Below are positions 8,752 to 17,774 of a DNA stretch of 64,000 bases, piece by piece (the stretch's first letter is position 1; each line of letters starts with the position of its first letter). The stretch lies in NCBI GenBank assembly GCA_965202805.1, contig OZ241869.1, positions 736,001-800,000 of the forward strand. The letters run 5' to 3'. Under the pieces are notes generated by a model. It was not told the DNA's origin, ran no database searches, and was given only the letters and a program-made list of their open reading frames with translations. The translations under genes were made by a program, and so were the position numbers. Origin of the DNA: Longimicrobiales bacterium (GTDB taxonomy: Bacteria; Gemmatimonadota; Gemmatimonadetes; Longimicrobiales; Gaopeijiaceae).

Positions 8752-10254
8752 TCAGGGCCGTAGCCTTGCGCCCACCAGTGCTTCCAGGTCGGCGAGCAGG
8801 TCGTGATAGGAATATATGGCGGCGACGCGTTCGCGGTCGGCCTGGGCCATGACCGTTTCCGCCTCGACAAGGTCCAGAAAGCTCGCGGAACCCACGCGAT
8901 ACTGCTCGGTGGCCAGGCGCAGCTGCTCGGCCGCCACCGACTGGTTGCGCTGCTCGATGAGCTCGGTCTCGTACGCCGTCCGGACAGCCGCCAGACCGGA
9001 GGCGATCAGCGCCCGAAGATCCAGTTCCGCGCCTCGCCGGCGATGGCGTGCGTCTTCCCGGGCGGCACGTGCGCTCTCCACCTGCAGCTGCCGGCTGAAG
9101 CCCTGGAAAACGGGAACGCTCACCGTCAGGGAAGCCCGGGGCGGCTGGCGGGTGAAGTCGAACGGGAACGCGCTGTTCTGCGCGGTGATGGCCTCTGCCT
9201 GATCGGGCGTAAAGACGAACGCGCTGCAGTCCTGCATGGGAAGCGGATCGACCAGGCGCCCGTACACCTCGTTCAACAGGTGACACTGCTGGCGCTGACC
9301 CGTGACCCGGGCCCGGGACTGGCTGATCAGCGATTCGACGCTGGAGGCTTCGCGCGTGAACCCGCTCAGACCCGCGCTCAGGGACAGGGACGGGTAGTAG
9401 GAGGATTGCGCCATCCTCACGTCGCTCGCGGCAACCGCCTCGTTGGCCCGCTCGGCGATGAGCCCGGGATTGCGTTCGAGCGCCATCGTCACCAGGTCCT
9501 CCTCCGACCAGACCGGCTCCCGGACGTCGAACGCGCTTACGACCGTGAACTCCTGCGGCACCTCCGCTCCGAGGATGACCAGAAGCGCGATGCGCGCATT
9601 GCTCACCGCGAATTCGGACTGCAGCAGGGTTACCTCGGCGCGGCCGACCGACACTTCGGCCTGGCGCACGTCGCGCGGCGTCGCGGTTCCGACTTCAAGT
9701 TGCCCCTCGGCCAGGCGCAGGTTGAAGCGGGCGCGCTCCAGCTCCTGCTGGGCAAGCAGGAATCCCTCCTGCTGGCGCAGGACGTCCAGGTAGCGAATGG
9801 TCACGTCGCGAACGAGGTTGGCCTCCGCCTGATCGATGAGTGCGACGGTTGCGTTGCGGGCGGCCTTCTCGCGCCCCGGACGAAACAGCGACTCGGCGCC
9901 GATGGTGTAGTTGAGCCCCGCGTTGTAGCTGGAGAAATAGTAGGAGGGCTCGTCGCCGAACCCCAGCTGGCTCGTCGTCAGGCTGCCGAACTGCTGTTCA
10001 CCTTTTCCCTGCCAGGAAAGGCTCGAGCTCAGATTGGCGAACGGCAGCAGGTCGCCGTAGGCGGAACGAACCGACCAGTCGGCGACGCGAGAGTCGTTGC
10101 GAACGGACTGGAAGGAGGGGTTGGCGAGCCGGGCGATGCGGATTGCTTCGTCGAGTGTGAGGCGGGAAGGCACTTCCTGCGCCTGCAGCAGGGATGTCCC
10201 GGAACACAGGAGAAGCGTCAGGGCGCACATGACGGCTGGGATCATTCTGAGCAC
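8752..10254 (-). CDS. TolC-family outer membrane efflux protein
   Basis: Signal peptide, LTLDEAIRIA, YYPSLSLS, QYRVGSASFLDLVEAE; GTG start with GGAG upstream (ATG at 10245 is an alternative). Confidence 0.9.
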   Translation of the reverse strand: MLRMIPAVMCALTLLLCSGTSLLQAQEVPSRLTLDEAIRIARLANPSFQSVRNDSRVADWSVRSAYGDLLPFANLSSSLSWQGKGEQQFGSLTTSQLGFGDEPSYYFSSYNAGLNYTIGAESLFRPGREKAARNATVALIDQAEANLVRDVTIRYLDVLRQQEGFLLAQQELERARFNLRLAEGQLEVGTATPRDVRQAEVSVGRAEVTLLQSEFAVSNARIALLVILGAEVPQEFTVVSAFDVREPVWSEEDLVTMALERNPGLIAERANEAVAASDVRMAQSSYYPSLSLSAGLSGFTREASSVESLISQSRARVTGQRQQCHLLNEVYGRLVDPLPMQDCSAFVFTPDQAEAITAQNSAFPFDFTRQPPRASLTVSVPVFQGFSRQLQVESARAAREDARHRRRGAELDLRALIASGLAAVRTAYETELIEQRNQSVAAEQLRLATEQYRVGSASFLDLVEAETVMAQADRERVAAIYSYHDLLADLEALVGARLRP

Positions 10255-10405
10255 GGATGGTTCTCCCCTGGGTGGCTGACGGTCTTCGGCCTGACGCGGC
10301 CGCGAGACATACGAGCCCCTCTGCGGAGGGGTTTCAAGCTCGAAATCGATGTTGCCGGTACCGGACCCCCCATCAGTGCTGCGAAGCAAACCGGGGACGG
10401 ACGTC

Positions 10406-11113
10406 TCACGGACCGGGGCGGGCGACTCGGGTGGCAGACGATCCCGTGGAGTTCTCGAGAACCCGCAGGACCCTGCCTGCCGTGTCATGCCATGCCTCCC
10501 AGAGCATCGCTCCGGCACGTATCCGGTAGTGCCGCGCCGATATCGTCTCCGTACCGATGCGCACCGCCCCGGTTCCGGCCAGGGTCACCTCCGCCTCCGT
10601 CTGAAGTCCGTCGCGGGGAACGATGACGGGCACGCGCGAGGGATCGGGGTCGGGTCCGGGCGCCAGAAAGTGAAAGTGATGGGCGACCCCCCGCTCCAGG
10701 ATCCTGGTGCCCGGCGGGGCCCGGTACTCCTTCACCTGTTCCCCGGCATCGGATGTGACGCGCGACTCGAAACGGCTGCCGCGAAGTTCGAAGCCGATCT
10801 GCTGCGCTCCATCGCCCCCGACCTTGTTCTGATAGGCGGACGGCATCCACCCGGTCCCGGTCAGCTCCATGAGGATGTCCATCGTGCTCGGACCGCGGGG
10901 CAGCATGGTGCGAATCTGTCCGGCGGCAATGACGCGAGTCTCGTCCCCGGTCCCCACCTGACGGATCGAGAAGGTCTCGCGTCCGACGACCCGTCCGTTG
11001 ATGGCAACCTCGAATTCGCCCCGGTCCAGGATGGTCACCTGGGCGGCTGCGCGGTGCACGGGAAGGGACCCGGCAAGGGTGAAGAGAAGTACAGGGAAGA
11101 GAATGCGTCGCAC
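10406..11113 (-). CDS. Secreted hypothetical protein (beta-rich)
   Basis: Signal peptide RRILFPVLLFTLAGSLPVHRAAAQ; fills the gap upstream of tolC on the same strand. Confidence 0.7.
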   Translation of the reverse strand: MRRILFPVLLFTLAGSLPVHRAAAQVTILDRGEFEVAINGRVVGRETFSIRQVGTGDETRVIAAGQIRTMLPRGPSTMDILMELTGTGWMPSAYQNKVGGDGAQQIGFELRGSRFESRVTSDAGEQVKEYRAPPGTRILERGVAHHFHFLAPGPDPDPSRVPVIVPRDGLQTEAEVTLAGTGAVRIGTETISARHYRIRAGAMLWEAWHDTAGRVLRVLENSTGSSATRVARPGP

Positions 11114-11294
11114 GGGCGAAGCCTCGTTCGCGAGTGATCGAAACGACATCCGACTACACCCCAGCAAAGGGACGGATCCTGCGAGCCGGCTCCCGGAAGG
11201 CCCAGATCCGCAGAATCGCGGAGCGCGCGCGGGCCTCCCGCTCCAGCCGCGGGGACCCGGAAGAGGATGCGAAGAGCTTCAGTGACTCCAGGCC

Positions 11295-14200
11295 GTGAAC
11301 GGCGTTTCTTCTTCGCTTAGCAGCCTCCTGCGGGTGGGGGCATGGTCACGCGAGCCCCTCGCTTCGTTAGTGCTGTGGCTCAGCGTGGCGGCGCTCGCAG
11401 TATGGACGCGCTGGTCCGCCCCCGGCTGGCTGTTGGCGAGTGCGCTGGCGGGTTCCCTCGGCGCGCTCCACGCGCTCTCCCGCGCTTCGGGCCGGCATCG
11501 ATGGGTGCTCGCCGCCGCCTTCGCCCTTCTGGCGGGCATGGCGAGCGGGCTCGTCGGCTCGGCGCGGTTCGGCCAGATCGCCGGCGACTGGGACCGTTTC
11601 CGCAGCGGACGCGAGGCCCGGCTGGAAGCGGCTCTGGACGAGCGCTTCGAGGCCCTGATCGACCGCGGGACGGGGGCCGTTGCCCGCGTCGCCTCCCGGG
11701 AGTTCGATGCAGAGTCCCAGGGCTACTGGACGTTTCTGGAAGAGGTACGGCGCGAAGCCGATGTACAGTCGGTTGCCGTATTCGACGCGCGAACCGACCT
11801 CATGGCCTGGGCGGGCAACCACCAGGGGGTGGTGCCGCTCGACGCCCGCTCGGGCTGGGATCGATACGTGTACGGGCAGGGTCCCGTATACACGTACCTG
11901 TACTTTACCGAACGCGTCGGCGTGAGCGGCGCGACCGTGGTGGCCGCCGCGCTCCTGCAGAGCGACATGCCTCCCGATCTCCCGGATGAAGCATCCGCCT
12001 TTGCCACCCGCTTCCAGTCCGATGTCGGAAGGGCGATCCGGATCACGCGCTCCGAACAGGCGGCGGGTCCCGTCATTCGCGACTTCGACTGGCAGGGAAG
12101 GACGCTCTTTTCCATCTCCTTCGAGGAGGTGACGCAGGGAGAAGCCTTCGAGTCGGTTCGGAGGGCATGGAGCCGGGTGGTCGCCGGTCTCGCAGTGACG
12201 GCCTGGTTGCTGCTGCTCATGGGCCTCCGAGGCACGCCACATCACGCGATCCTGGCCGCCGCGACCCTGGCCCTTCTGGCGACAGTCCTTCCATTCGGCG
12301 ATCTGCTGGGTGTTTCCGGTCTGTTTTCGCCGGCAGGCTTCCTCCTTCCCGGAACCACGGAGGGCACGCTCGGCCGTGTGCTGGCGCTCGGGCTGGCGGG
12401 AGCGTTCATCGCGGGACTGTTGCCTCAGGGTTCCCGCGGGCGCGGCGCCCCCGTGGCCGGCGCGGCTCTCGCCGGCATCGGGTTCGCCGCAGTGATCCAC
12501 TGGTTCTCGCTGGCGCCAACGACATCGCAACTGGGCGGAAGGGCGGACTACTGGCTGGTGTACCAGTGCGCCCTGACCTCCGTGCTGGTCATCGTGGCCG
12601 CTCTTGCGCTTCGACTCGCCACCCGGCCCTCGCCGGCGCCGGCGCGACCGTTCCTTGTCGCAGCCGGCCTGCTTCTGGCGCTGGTACTCGGGCTGCTGGT
12701 GAACGGCGTGTCCCTTGGTTCGCCTCCCACGGCCGCGTGGGCGGGTGCTCTGTGGGCGCTCCCGGTAGCCCTCATCGCACTGGGCCTTCGGTCCGCCACG
12801 ACCTGGCGTGGCTCGGTGACCTCGGCGGCCGCCGCCATCGTGCTCGCCGCCAGCGCGGCTCTGCCGTTCACCTGGGGCGGGCGGGTCGCGGCGCAGCTGG
12901 AGGTTGCCGAGGAGCGCCTTTCCACCCTCGGAAACCAGGTGAATCCCTATCTGCAGTTCCTGCTTGAGGGTCTGTCCGAGAAGACCGACTCCCTCTACCG
13001 GATCGGAGCCCGCGGAACCGGACTTCTGTACGACACCTGGCGGGCGAGCGGTCTCGCCCAGGAGGGCGTCGCCGTCTGGATCGACCGCTGGACCCCCGGT
13101 GGATTGCCCAGCGACGCGCTGCGCATGGGCGTTTCCGGTCCCCGACCCGCGATCGTGGACGACTATCTTGACGAAGCCGCTCTGGGAACCACCGTCGTTC
13201 AGCTTCAGTCGGAGGATGTGCACTACCTCGGTCTGGCGGTGCTGCCGGACCGATCGGTAATCACGGTCGCGGTTCCTCCGCGGCGGGGGTTCACCACGGC
13301 TCTCTCGCCGGATGTGCCGTTCGGGAGGGAGCATGCGGACGCGGGAACCGTCACCCTCATGCCGCTCAACGAAGACGACCCGGTTCCGGCGGAGGAGGCC
13401 CCGCTCTGGGAGCGAATCGCCGAGGGATGGCGTGGCGAACAGACCATTCTGTTCCCCGAGGGGTGGTACAACGCCCACTACGAGGTGGAACTCCCCGGCA
13501 GGGCGGTGCTGGTGGCGGGAACCGTGCTCGTCCTGCTGCTCGATCTGCTGATCGTGGCCGGTCTGTGGAGCATCGGCTGGTGGAGCAGCCGGGGGCACCC
13601 GCGCCCGCCGATTCGCCTGGGTCCCGGGGCCGGCCGCAGCTTCCGGGTGCAGGTCACGTTCGCCCTGTTCCTGTTCTTCCTCATCCCCGCCTTCGCGTTT
13701 GCCGCCATCGCCTCCCGCACTCTCGACAGGGCCGTGGTGCGAACGGCCGAGGCGCTGGCCGACCGCGCGGTGGCGGACGCCGCCGAGAGCTTTCTCGCGG
13801 TACAGGGCCAGGTCGGGCTGCTGCCGACCAGTACGGGCACGGTCCTCCTTCTCTATCAGGACGGAGAGCTGATCCGGAGCTCCCGCCCGGCGTTCCTCGA
13901 GCTGGGCGTACAGTACGCGTGGCTGCCCGCGCAGGTTCATCGCTCGCTTGTGGATGGCGACGCGGTGCTGGTGCACAGGACAGTGCGTCGGTGGGGTGGC
14001 GAATACGCGCTCGCCTATCGACGACTTCAGACCGGACAGGTGCTGGCCTCGGCGGCCCCGCTGGACGCCGGCGCGACGGCCTTCGAGCAGAACGATCTGG
14101 TCCTTCTGCTGGCGTTCGCCGTCGTCACCGGGATCGCGCTCTCGCTGGGTCTCGCACTCCTGGTGGGCCGTCGGCTGGCCAACCCGATTCGCACCCTCCG

Positions 14201-15455
14201 CCTGGCGTCGGAGCGAGTGGGGAAGGGCAACCTCGAGGTGCGCTTGCCGGAGACGCGGACCGATGAATTCGGCACCGTATTCCTGGCGTTCAACCGCATG
14301 GTGCAGAGGCTTCATCGGGCGCGCAGCGCACTGGTGCGCACCACCCAGCGCACGCAGGCCATCGTCGAGGAGGCGGCGACCGGGGTGATCGCGCTGGACC
14401 AGGCGGGGACGGTCACCCTGGTCAACCCGCAGGCTCAGGCGCTGCTGGGAGCCTCGGTAGGGCCGGGAGAGCCGCTGCCGGCCACCCCGGGACTTGCGCG
14501 CGATCTGTCGCGCTGGGTGGAGGGCTTCTTCCGCGACGGCAGCGAGGGGGCCGACCACGAATTCGAGCTTCCCGGCACCGCGCTCACATCCACCGCCCCC
14601 GGTTCGCGGGACTCTTCGCGCAGGGTGCGGGTGCGGGCGCGCCGCATCACGCGCGAGGGACCCTCGCGGGGCGTCGTGCTCAGCCTGGAGGACGTGACCG
14701 ACGAGCTGCGCAGCGAGCGCATCGTGGCCTGGGGGCAGATGGCCCGCCAGGTGGCCCACGAGGTCAAGAACCCGCTTACGCCGATCAAGCTCAGCGTCGA
14801 GCATGTCCGCCGGGCCTGGCACGACCGCCGGCGCGACTTCTCGGCGATTCTGGAACGCAACGTCGAGTCGATCCTTCGGGAGATCGACCGGCTCGCCGAG
14901 ATCGCCCGCAGCTTCTCACGGTACGGCTCCCCGAGGAAGGCGAGCGAACTCCCCCTGGAAGGCGTGCGCCTCAACGTGGCCGTGGAGGAGATCCTCGCGC
15001 TCTACCAGAGCGACGAGCAGGGAATCGTCATCCACACCGATCTCCCGGCCGGCCTTCCCCCGGTCCGTGCCCGGGAATCCGAGTTCAAGGAGGTCCTGAT
15101 CAACCTGCTCGAGAACGCGAGGGAAGCCGTCAAGCCCAGCGGCCGCGTCCACATCGGAGCCTCCGGCGGGGACCGGAGCGTGCGCCTTCAGGTCAGCGAC
15201 GACGGCCGCGGCATCGAACCGGAGCTGTTGGGACGCATTTTCGAACCGAGGTTCTCCACCAGCTCCACCGGCACGGGTCTCGGCCTCGCGATCGTGCAGC
15301 GACTGGTCCGTTCCTGGGGCGGCCGGGTATGGGCCGAAAGCACGCCCGGGGTCGGCACGACCATGTCCATTCGTTTCGTGGCATGGGCGCCCGCGCCGGG
15401 CACGCTGGTCTCCGCGGCCGGCACTGGACGGGCGGTGCCCGACCCGCAAGATTAA
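11295..15455 (+). CDS. Multi-TM sensor histidine kinase (HAMP-PAS-HisKA-HATPase, NtrY-like C-terminus)
   Basis: WGQMARQVAHEVKNPLTPI H-box, NLLENA N-box, DDGRG, GTGLGL; HAMP (DEFGTVFLAFNRM); many hydrophobic segments. Confidence 0.9.
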   Translation: MNGVSSSLSSLLRVGAWSREPLASLVLWLSVAALAVWTRWSAPGWLLASALAGSLGALHALSRASGRHRWVLAAAFALLAGMASGLVGSARFGQIAGDWDRFRSGREARLEAALDERFEALIDRGTGAVARVASREFDAESQGYWTFLEEVRREADVQSVAVFDARTDLMAWAGNHQGVVPLDARSGWDRYVYGQGPVYTYLYFTERVGVSGATVVAAALLQSDMPPDLPDEASAFATRFQSDVGRAIRITRSEQAAGPVIRDFDWQGRTLFSISFEEVTQGEAFESVRRAWSRVVAGLAVTAWLLLLMGLRGTPHHAILAAATLALLATVLPFGDLLGVSGLFSPAGFLLPGTTEGTLGRVLALGLAGAFIAGLLPQGSRGRGAPVAGAALAGIGFAAVIHWFSLAPTTSQLGGRADYWLVYQCALTSVLVIVAALALRLATRPSPAPARPFLVAAGLLLALVLGLLVNGVSLGSPPTAAWAGALWALPVALIALGLRSATTWRGSVTSAAAAIVLAASAALPFTWGGRVAAQLEVAEERLSTLGNQVNPYLQFLLEGLSEKTDSLYRIGARGTGLLYDTWRASGLAQEGVAVWIDRWTPGGLPSDALRMGVSGPRPAIVDDYLDEAALGTTVVQLQSEDVHYLGLAVLPDRSVITVAVPPRRGFTTALSPDVPFGREHADAGTVTLMPLNEDDPVPAEEAPLWERIAEGWRGEQTILFPEGWYNAHYEVELPGRAVLVAGTVLVLLLDLLIVAGLWSIGWWSSRGHPRPPIRLGPGAGRSFRVQVTFALFLFFLIPAFAFAAIASRTLDRAVVRTAEALADRAVADAAESFLAVQGQVGLLPTSTGTVLLLYQDGELIRSSRPAFLELGVQYAWLPAQVHRSLVDGDAVLVHRTVRRWGGEYALAYRRLQTGQVLASAAPLDAGATAFEQNDLVLLLAFAVVTGIALSLGLALLVGRRLANPIRTLRLASERVGKGNLEVRLPETRTDEFGTVFLAFNRMVQRLHRARSALVRTTQRTQAIVEEAATGVIALDQAGTVTLVNPQAQALLGASVGPGEPLPATPGLARDLSRWVEGFFRDGSEGADHEFELPGTALTSTAPGSRDSSRRVRVRARRITREGPSRGVVLSLEDVTDELRSERIVAWGQMARQVAHEVKNPLTPIKLSVEHVRRAWHDRRRDFSAILERNVESILREIDRLAEIARSFSRYGSPRKASELPLEGVRLNVAVEEILALYQSDEQGIVIHTDLPAGLPPVRARESEFKEVLINLLENAREAVKPSGRVHIGASGGDRSVRLQVSDDGRGIEPELLGRIFEPRFSTSSTGTGLGLAIVQRLVRSWGGRVWAESTPGVGTTMSIRFVAWAPAPGTLVSAAGTGRAVPDPQD

Positions 15456-15618
15456 GTACGGACCGGCCCGGAGTTGGCCAGGTCCGCGACCACGGCCTGC
15501 ACATCACCCCGATCCCCGGCACATCATCCCCACCCGAGATTCCGCCGCCGACATATTCCATCCCCCCGGGCAGTCCCCGGGGACCGGACCCTCGCTCGCA
15601 CAGCTCGACCCCGGCGAA

Positions 15619-16155
15619 ATGCAGGCCTGGGTGGCGGCCAGGAGCGAGAAGATCGTCGCCCGCTGGCTGTCCGAGGTCACCAAGAGGCTCGAACGGCGAC
15701 CGCGACAGCTGGTCGACCTGCTCGGAGACTTCTACCGGACCTTCGTCGGAATCCTGCCCGAGATCCTGGGGCCGTACCGCCGCCGGGTGCGGCCGGTCTG
15801 GCAGGAAGCCGCGAACCTGTACGGCCAACTCGCGGCCGAGCGCGGGCTGGTGGCGGGTGAGGTCATCGAGGAGTTTCAGGTTCTTCGGGTGTCCCTCATC
15901 CGCGTCCTCTACGCGGAGCCGCTCATGCCACCGGATGTCGTGCCGGGGATGCGGGAGGTGCTGCGCCTCAACCGGCTCGTGGACCAGGGCGTCACGCACG
16001 CCTCCATAGGGTACACCGACAGCCTGGTTTCCGCGCTGGTGGCCGGTCCGGGTGTTCCGGAATCGGTGACCGAGGAACTGCTCACCCGGGTCGCGGAGCA
16101 ACTCCACGCGATCCGGAGCGAATTCCGCGACATAGTGGGAAGCGGCGGCGGCTGA
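15619..16155 (+). CDS. Hypothetical protein, RsbRD N-terminal/globin-like sensor fold suspected
   Basis: IVARW...YGQLAAERGLVAGEVIEEFQVLR...LNRLVDQGVTHASIGY resembles RsbRD_N-type helical domains; stop 4 nt before the decarboxylase. Confidence 0.6.
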   Translation: MQAWVAARSEKIVARWLSEVTKRLERRPRQLVDLLGDFYRTFVGILPEILGPYRRRVRPVWQEAANLYGQLAAERGLVAGEVIEEFQVLRVSLIRVLYAEPLMPPDVVPGMREVLRLNRLVDQGVTHASIGYTDSLVSALVAGPGVPESVTEELLTRVAEQLHAIRSEFRDIVGSGGG

Positions 16156-16159
16156 GTCC

Positions 16160-17626
16160 ATGCGACCATCCGACGCCGGCCTCCCGGCCCCCCCTGGTGC
16201 GGGTCCGCGGGACATGCCTCCCGAGGAGTTCCTGGTCCACGGCCGGAAGATCCTCGAATGGATCTCGGAGTACCTTGGCTCGGACGGACGATATCCGGTT
16301 CTGGCCCGGGTGCGCCCGGGCGAAGTGCGCTCCTCTCTGGCGCCCTCGCCACCCCGGGAGGGCGAGAGCTTCGAACATATCCTGCGCGACTTCGAGGAGC
16401 GGGTGGTGCCGGGCCTCACGCACTGGAATCATCCGGGCTTCCTCGCGTACTTCGCCAACACGGCTTCGTCACCGGCCATACTCGGCGACCTGCTGGCCAC
16501 GGCCGTCAACGCGAACGCCATGATCTGGAGGACGTCTCCGGCCGCAACCGAGGTGGAAGGCCTGACGGCGGACTGGCTCAGGCAGCTGCTCGGCCTGCCC
16601 GCGGAATTCGCGGGATTCATCAACGACACGGCTTCGCACAACTCCCTGTACGCGCTCGCGGCCGCCCGCGCCCGGGCGTTTCCGGAAGCGGGCGAGCAGG
16701 GGCTTCACTCGCTGCCGGCGGGCAGGGTCTACGCCTCGGAGCACGTCCATTCCTCCATCGACAAGGCCGTCGTCACCCTCGGTCTGGGCCGCCGGGGCGT
16801 GCGCCATCTTCCCGCCGACCGCGGCTACCGGATGAAGCCGAGGGCCCTGCGCGCCGCGATCGAGGAAGACCTGGCCGCGAGGGTGCGTCCGGTGGCGGTG
16901 GTGGCCGTAGCCGGCACAACCTCTACCGCGAGCATCGATCCCCTGCCGGAGATCGCCGACATTTGCCGGGAGCACGGGATCTGGATGCACGTCGACGCCG
17001 CCTACGCGGGCGTGGCGGCCATCGTTCGGGAGCTGCGCCCGCTCCTGGCCGGGTGGGAGCGCGCCGACTCCATCGTGCTCAATGCGCACAAGTGGCTCTT
17101 CACGCCGATGGACTGTGCGCTCCTCTACTGCCGGCGTCCCGAGGCTCTCGCAGACGCGTTTTCCCTGGTCCCCCCGTACCTGCGCACGCGCGATGCGGAC
17201 GAGGCGCGCGACCTGATGAACTACGGCGTGGCGCTCGGGCGCAGCTTCCGTGCCCTCAAGCTTTTTTTCGTTCTGCGCTACTTCGGTGGCCGGGGGCTTG
17301 CGGACCGGCTGCGCGAACATTGTCGCCTGGCGCGCCGGTTCGCGGGGTGGGTGCAGGCTTCGGACCGGTGGCAACTGATGAGTTCGACGCTGCTGGGCCT
17401 GGTCGTCTTTCGGTACCGCGACCCGGAGATGGGACCCGACCGGACCAACAGGGCCAACGAGCGCATCCTCGACGCGGTCAACGCCTCGGGGGACGTGTTC
17501 CTGTCGCAGACGGTCCTTGATGGGCGCTACGTTCTCCGGCTTTCCGTCGGCAACCTGCGTACCCGGCGCGAACATGTGGAACTGGCGTGGCGAAGGCTCG
17601 AGCAGGAGGCAGCGCGGTTGAAGTAG
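16160..17626 (+). CDS. Group II PLP-dependent (aromatic-L-amino-acid-type) decarboxylase
   Basis: PGLTHWNHPGFLAYF, SPAATEVE, HSSIDKA, HVDAAYAG, NAHKW, LGRSFRALK; start may be ATG 16214. Confidence 0.92.
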   Translation: MRPSDAGLPAPPGAGPRDMPPEEFLVHGRKILEWISEYLGSDGRYPVLARVRPGEVRSSLAPSPPREGESFEHILRDFEERVVPGLTHWNHPGFLAYFANTASSPAILGDLLATAVNANAMIWRTSPAATEVEGLTADWLRQLLGLPAEFAGFINDTASHNSLYALAAARARAFPEAGEQGLHSLPAGRVYASEHVHSSIDKAVVTLGLGRRGVRHLPADRGYRMKPRALRAAIEEDLAARVRPVAVVAVAGTTSTASIDPLPEIADICREHGIWMHVDAAYAGVAAIVRELRPLLAGWERADSIVLNAHKWLFTPMDCALLYCRRPEALADAFSLVPPYLRTRDADEARDLMNYGVALGRSFRALKLFFVLRYFGGRGLADRLREHCRLARRFAGWVQASDRWQLMSSTLLGLVVFRYRDPEMGPDRTNRANERILDAVNASGDVFLSQTVLDGRYVLRLSVGNLRTRREHVELAWRRLEQEAARLK

Positions 17627-17774
17627 AGACCGTCCTGCGGCGCCACCCGCGCGCCCGTTGCGGCCATCTCGCGGGCTCGTTATCTAATGGGGGGTTTTTC
17701 CCGGGGGGACGCCGTCGGGACGGGTCTCCGGACCCGTAGAACGGGCACATTCTGACATTCCAGCGGAGAGGCGG

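Noticed and set aside
11367..14822. 1151-aa antisense ORF, and similar long shadow ORFs (6532-8763, 19318-21525, 30621-32702, 41228-43786, 61086-63659)
   Set aside because: They lie opposite well-supported genes and have no recognisable motifs; expected from stop-codon scarcity in high-GC DNA
17627..17774. Possible NAD-sensing RNA or Rex operator before pntA
   Set aside because: One hairpin (ACGGGTC-TCCG-GACCCGT) only; no Rex-like TTGTGAA-N4-TTCACAA site or recognisable aptamer
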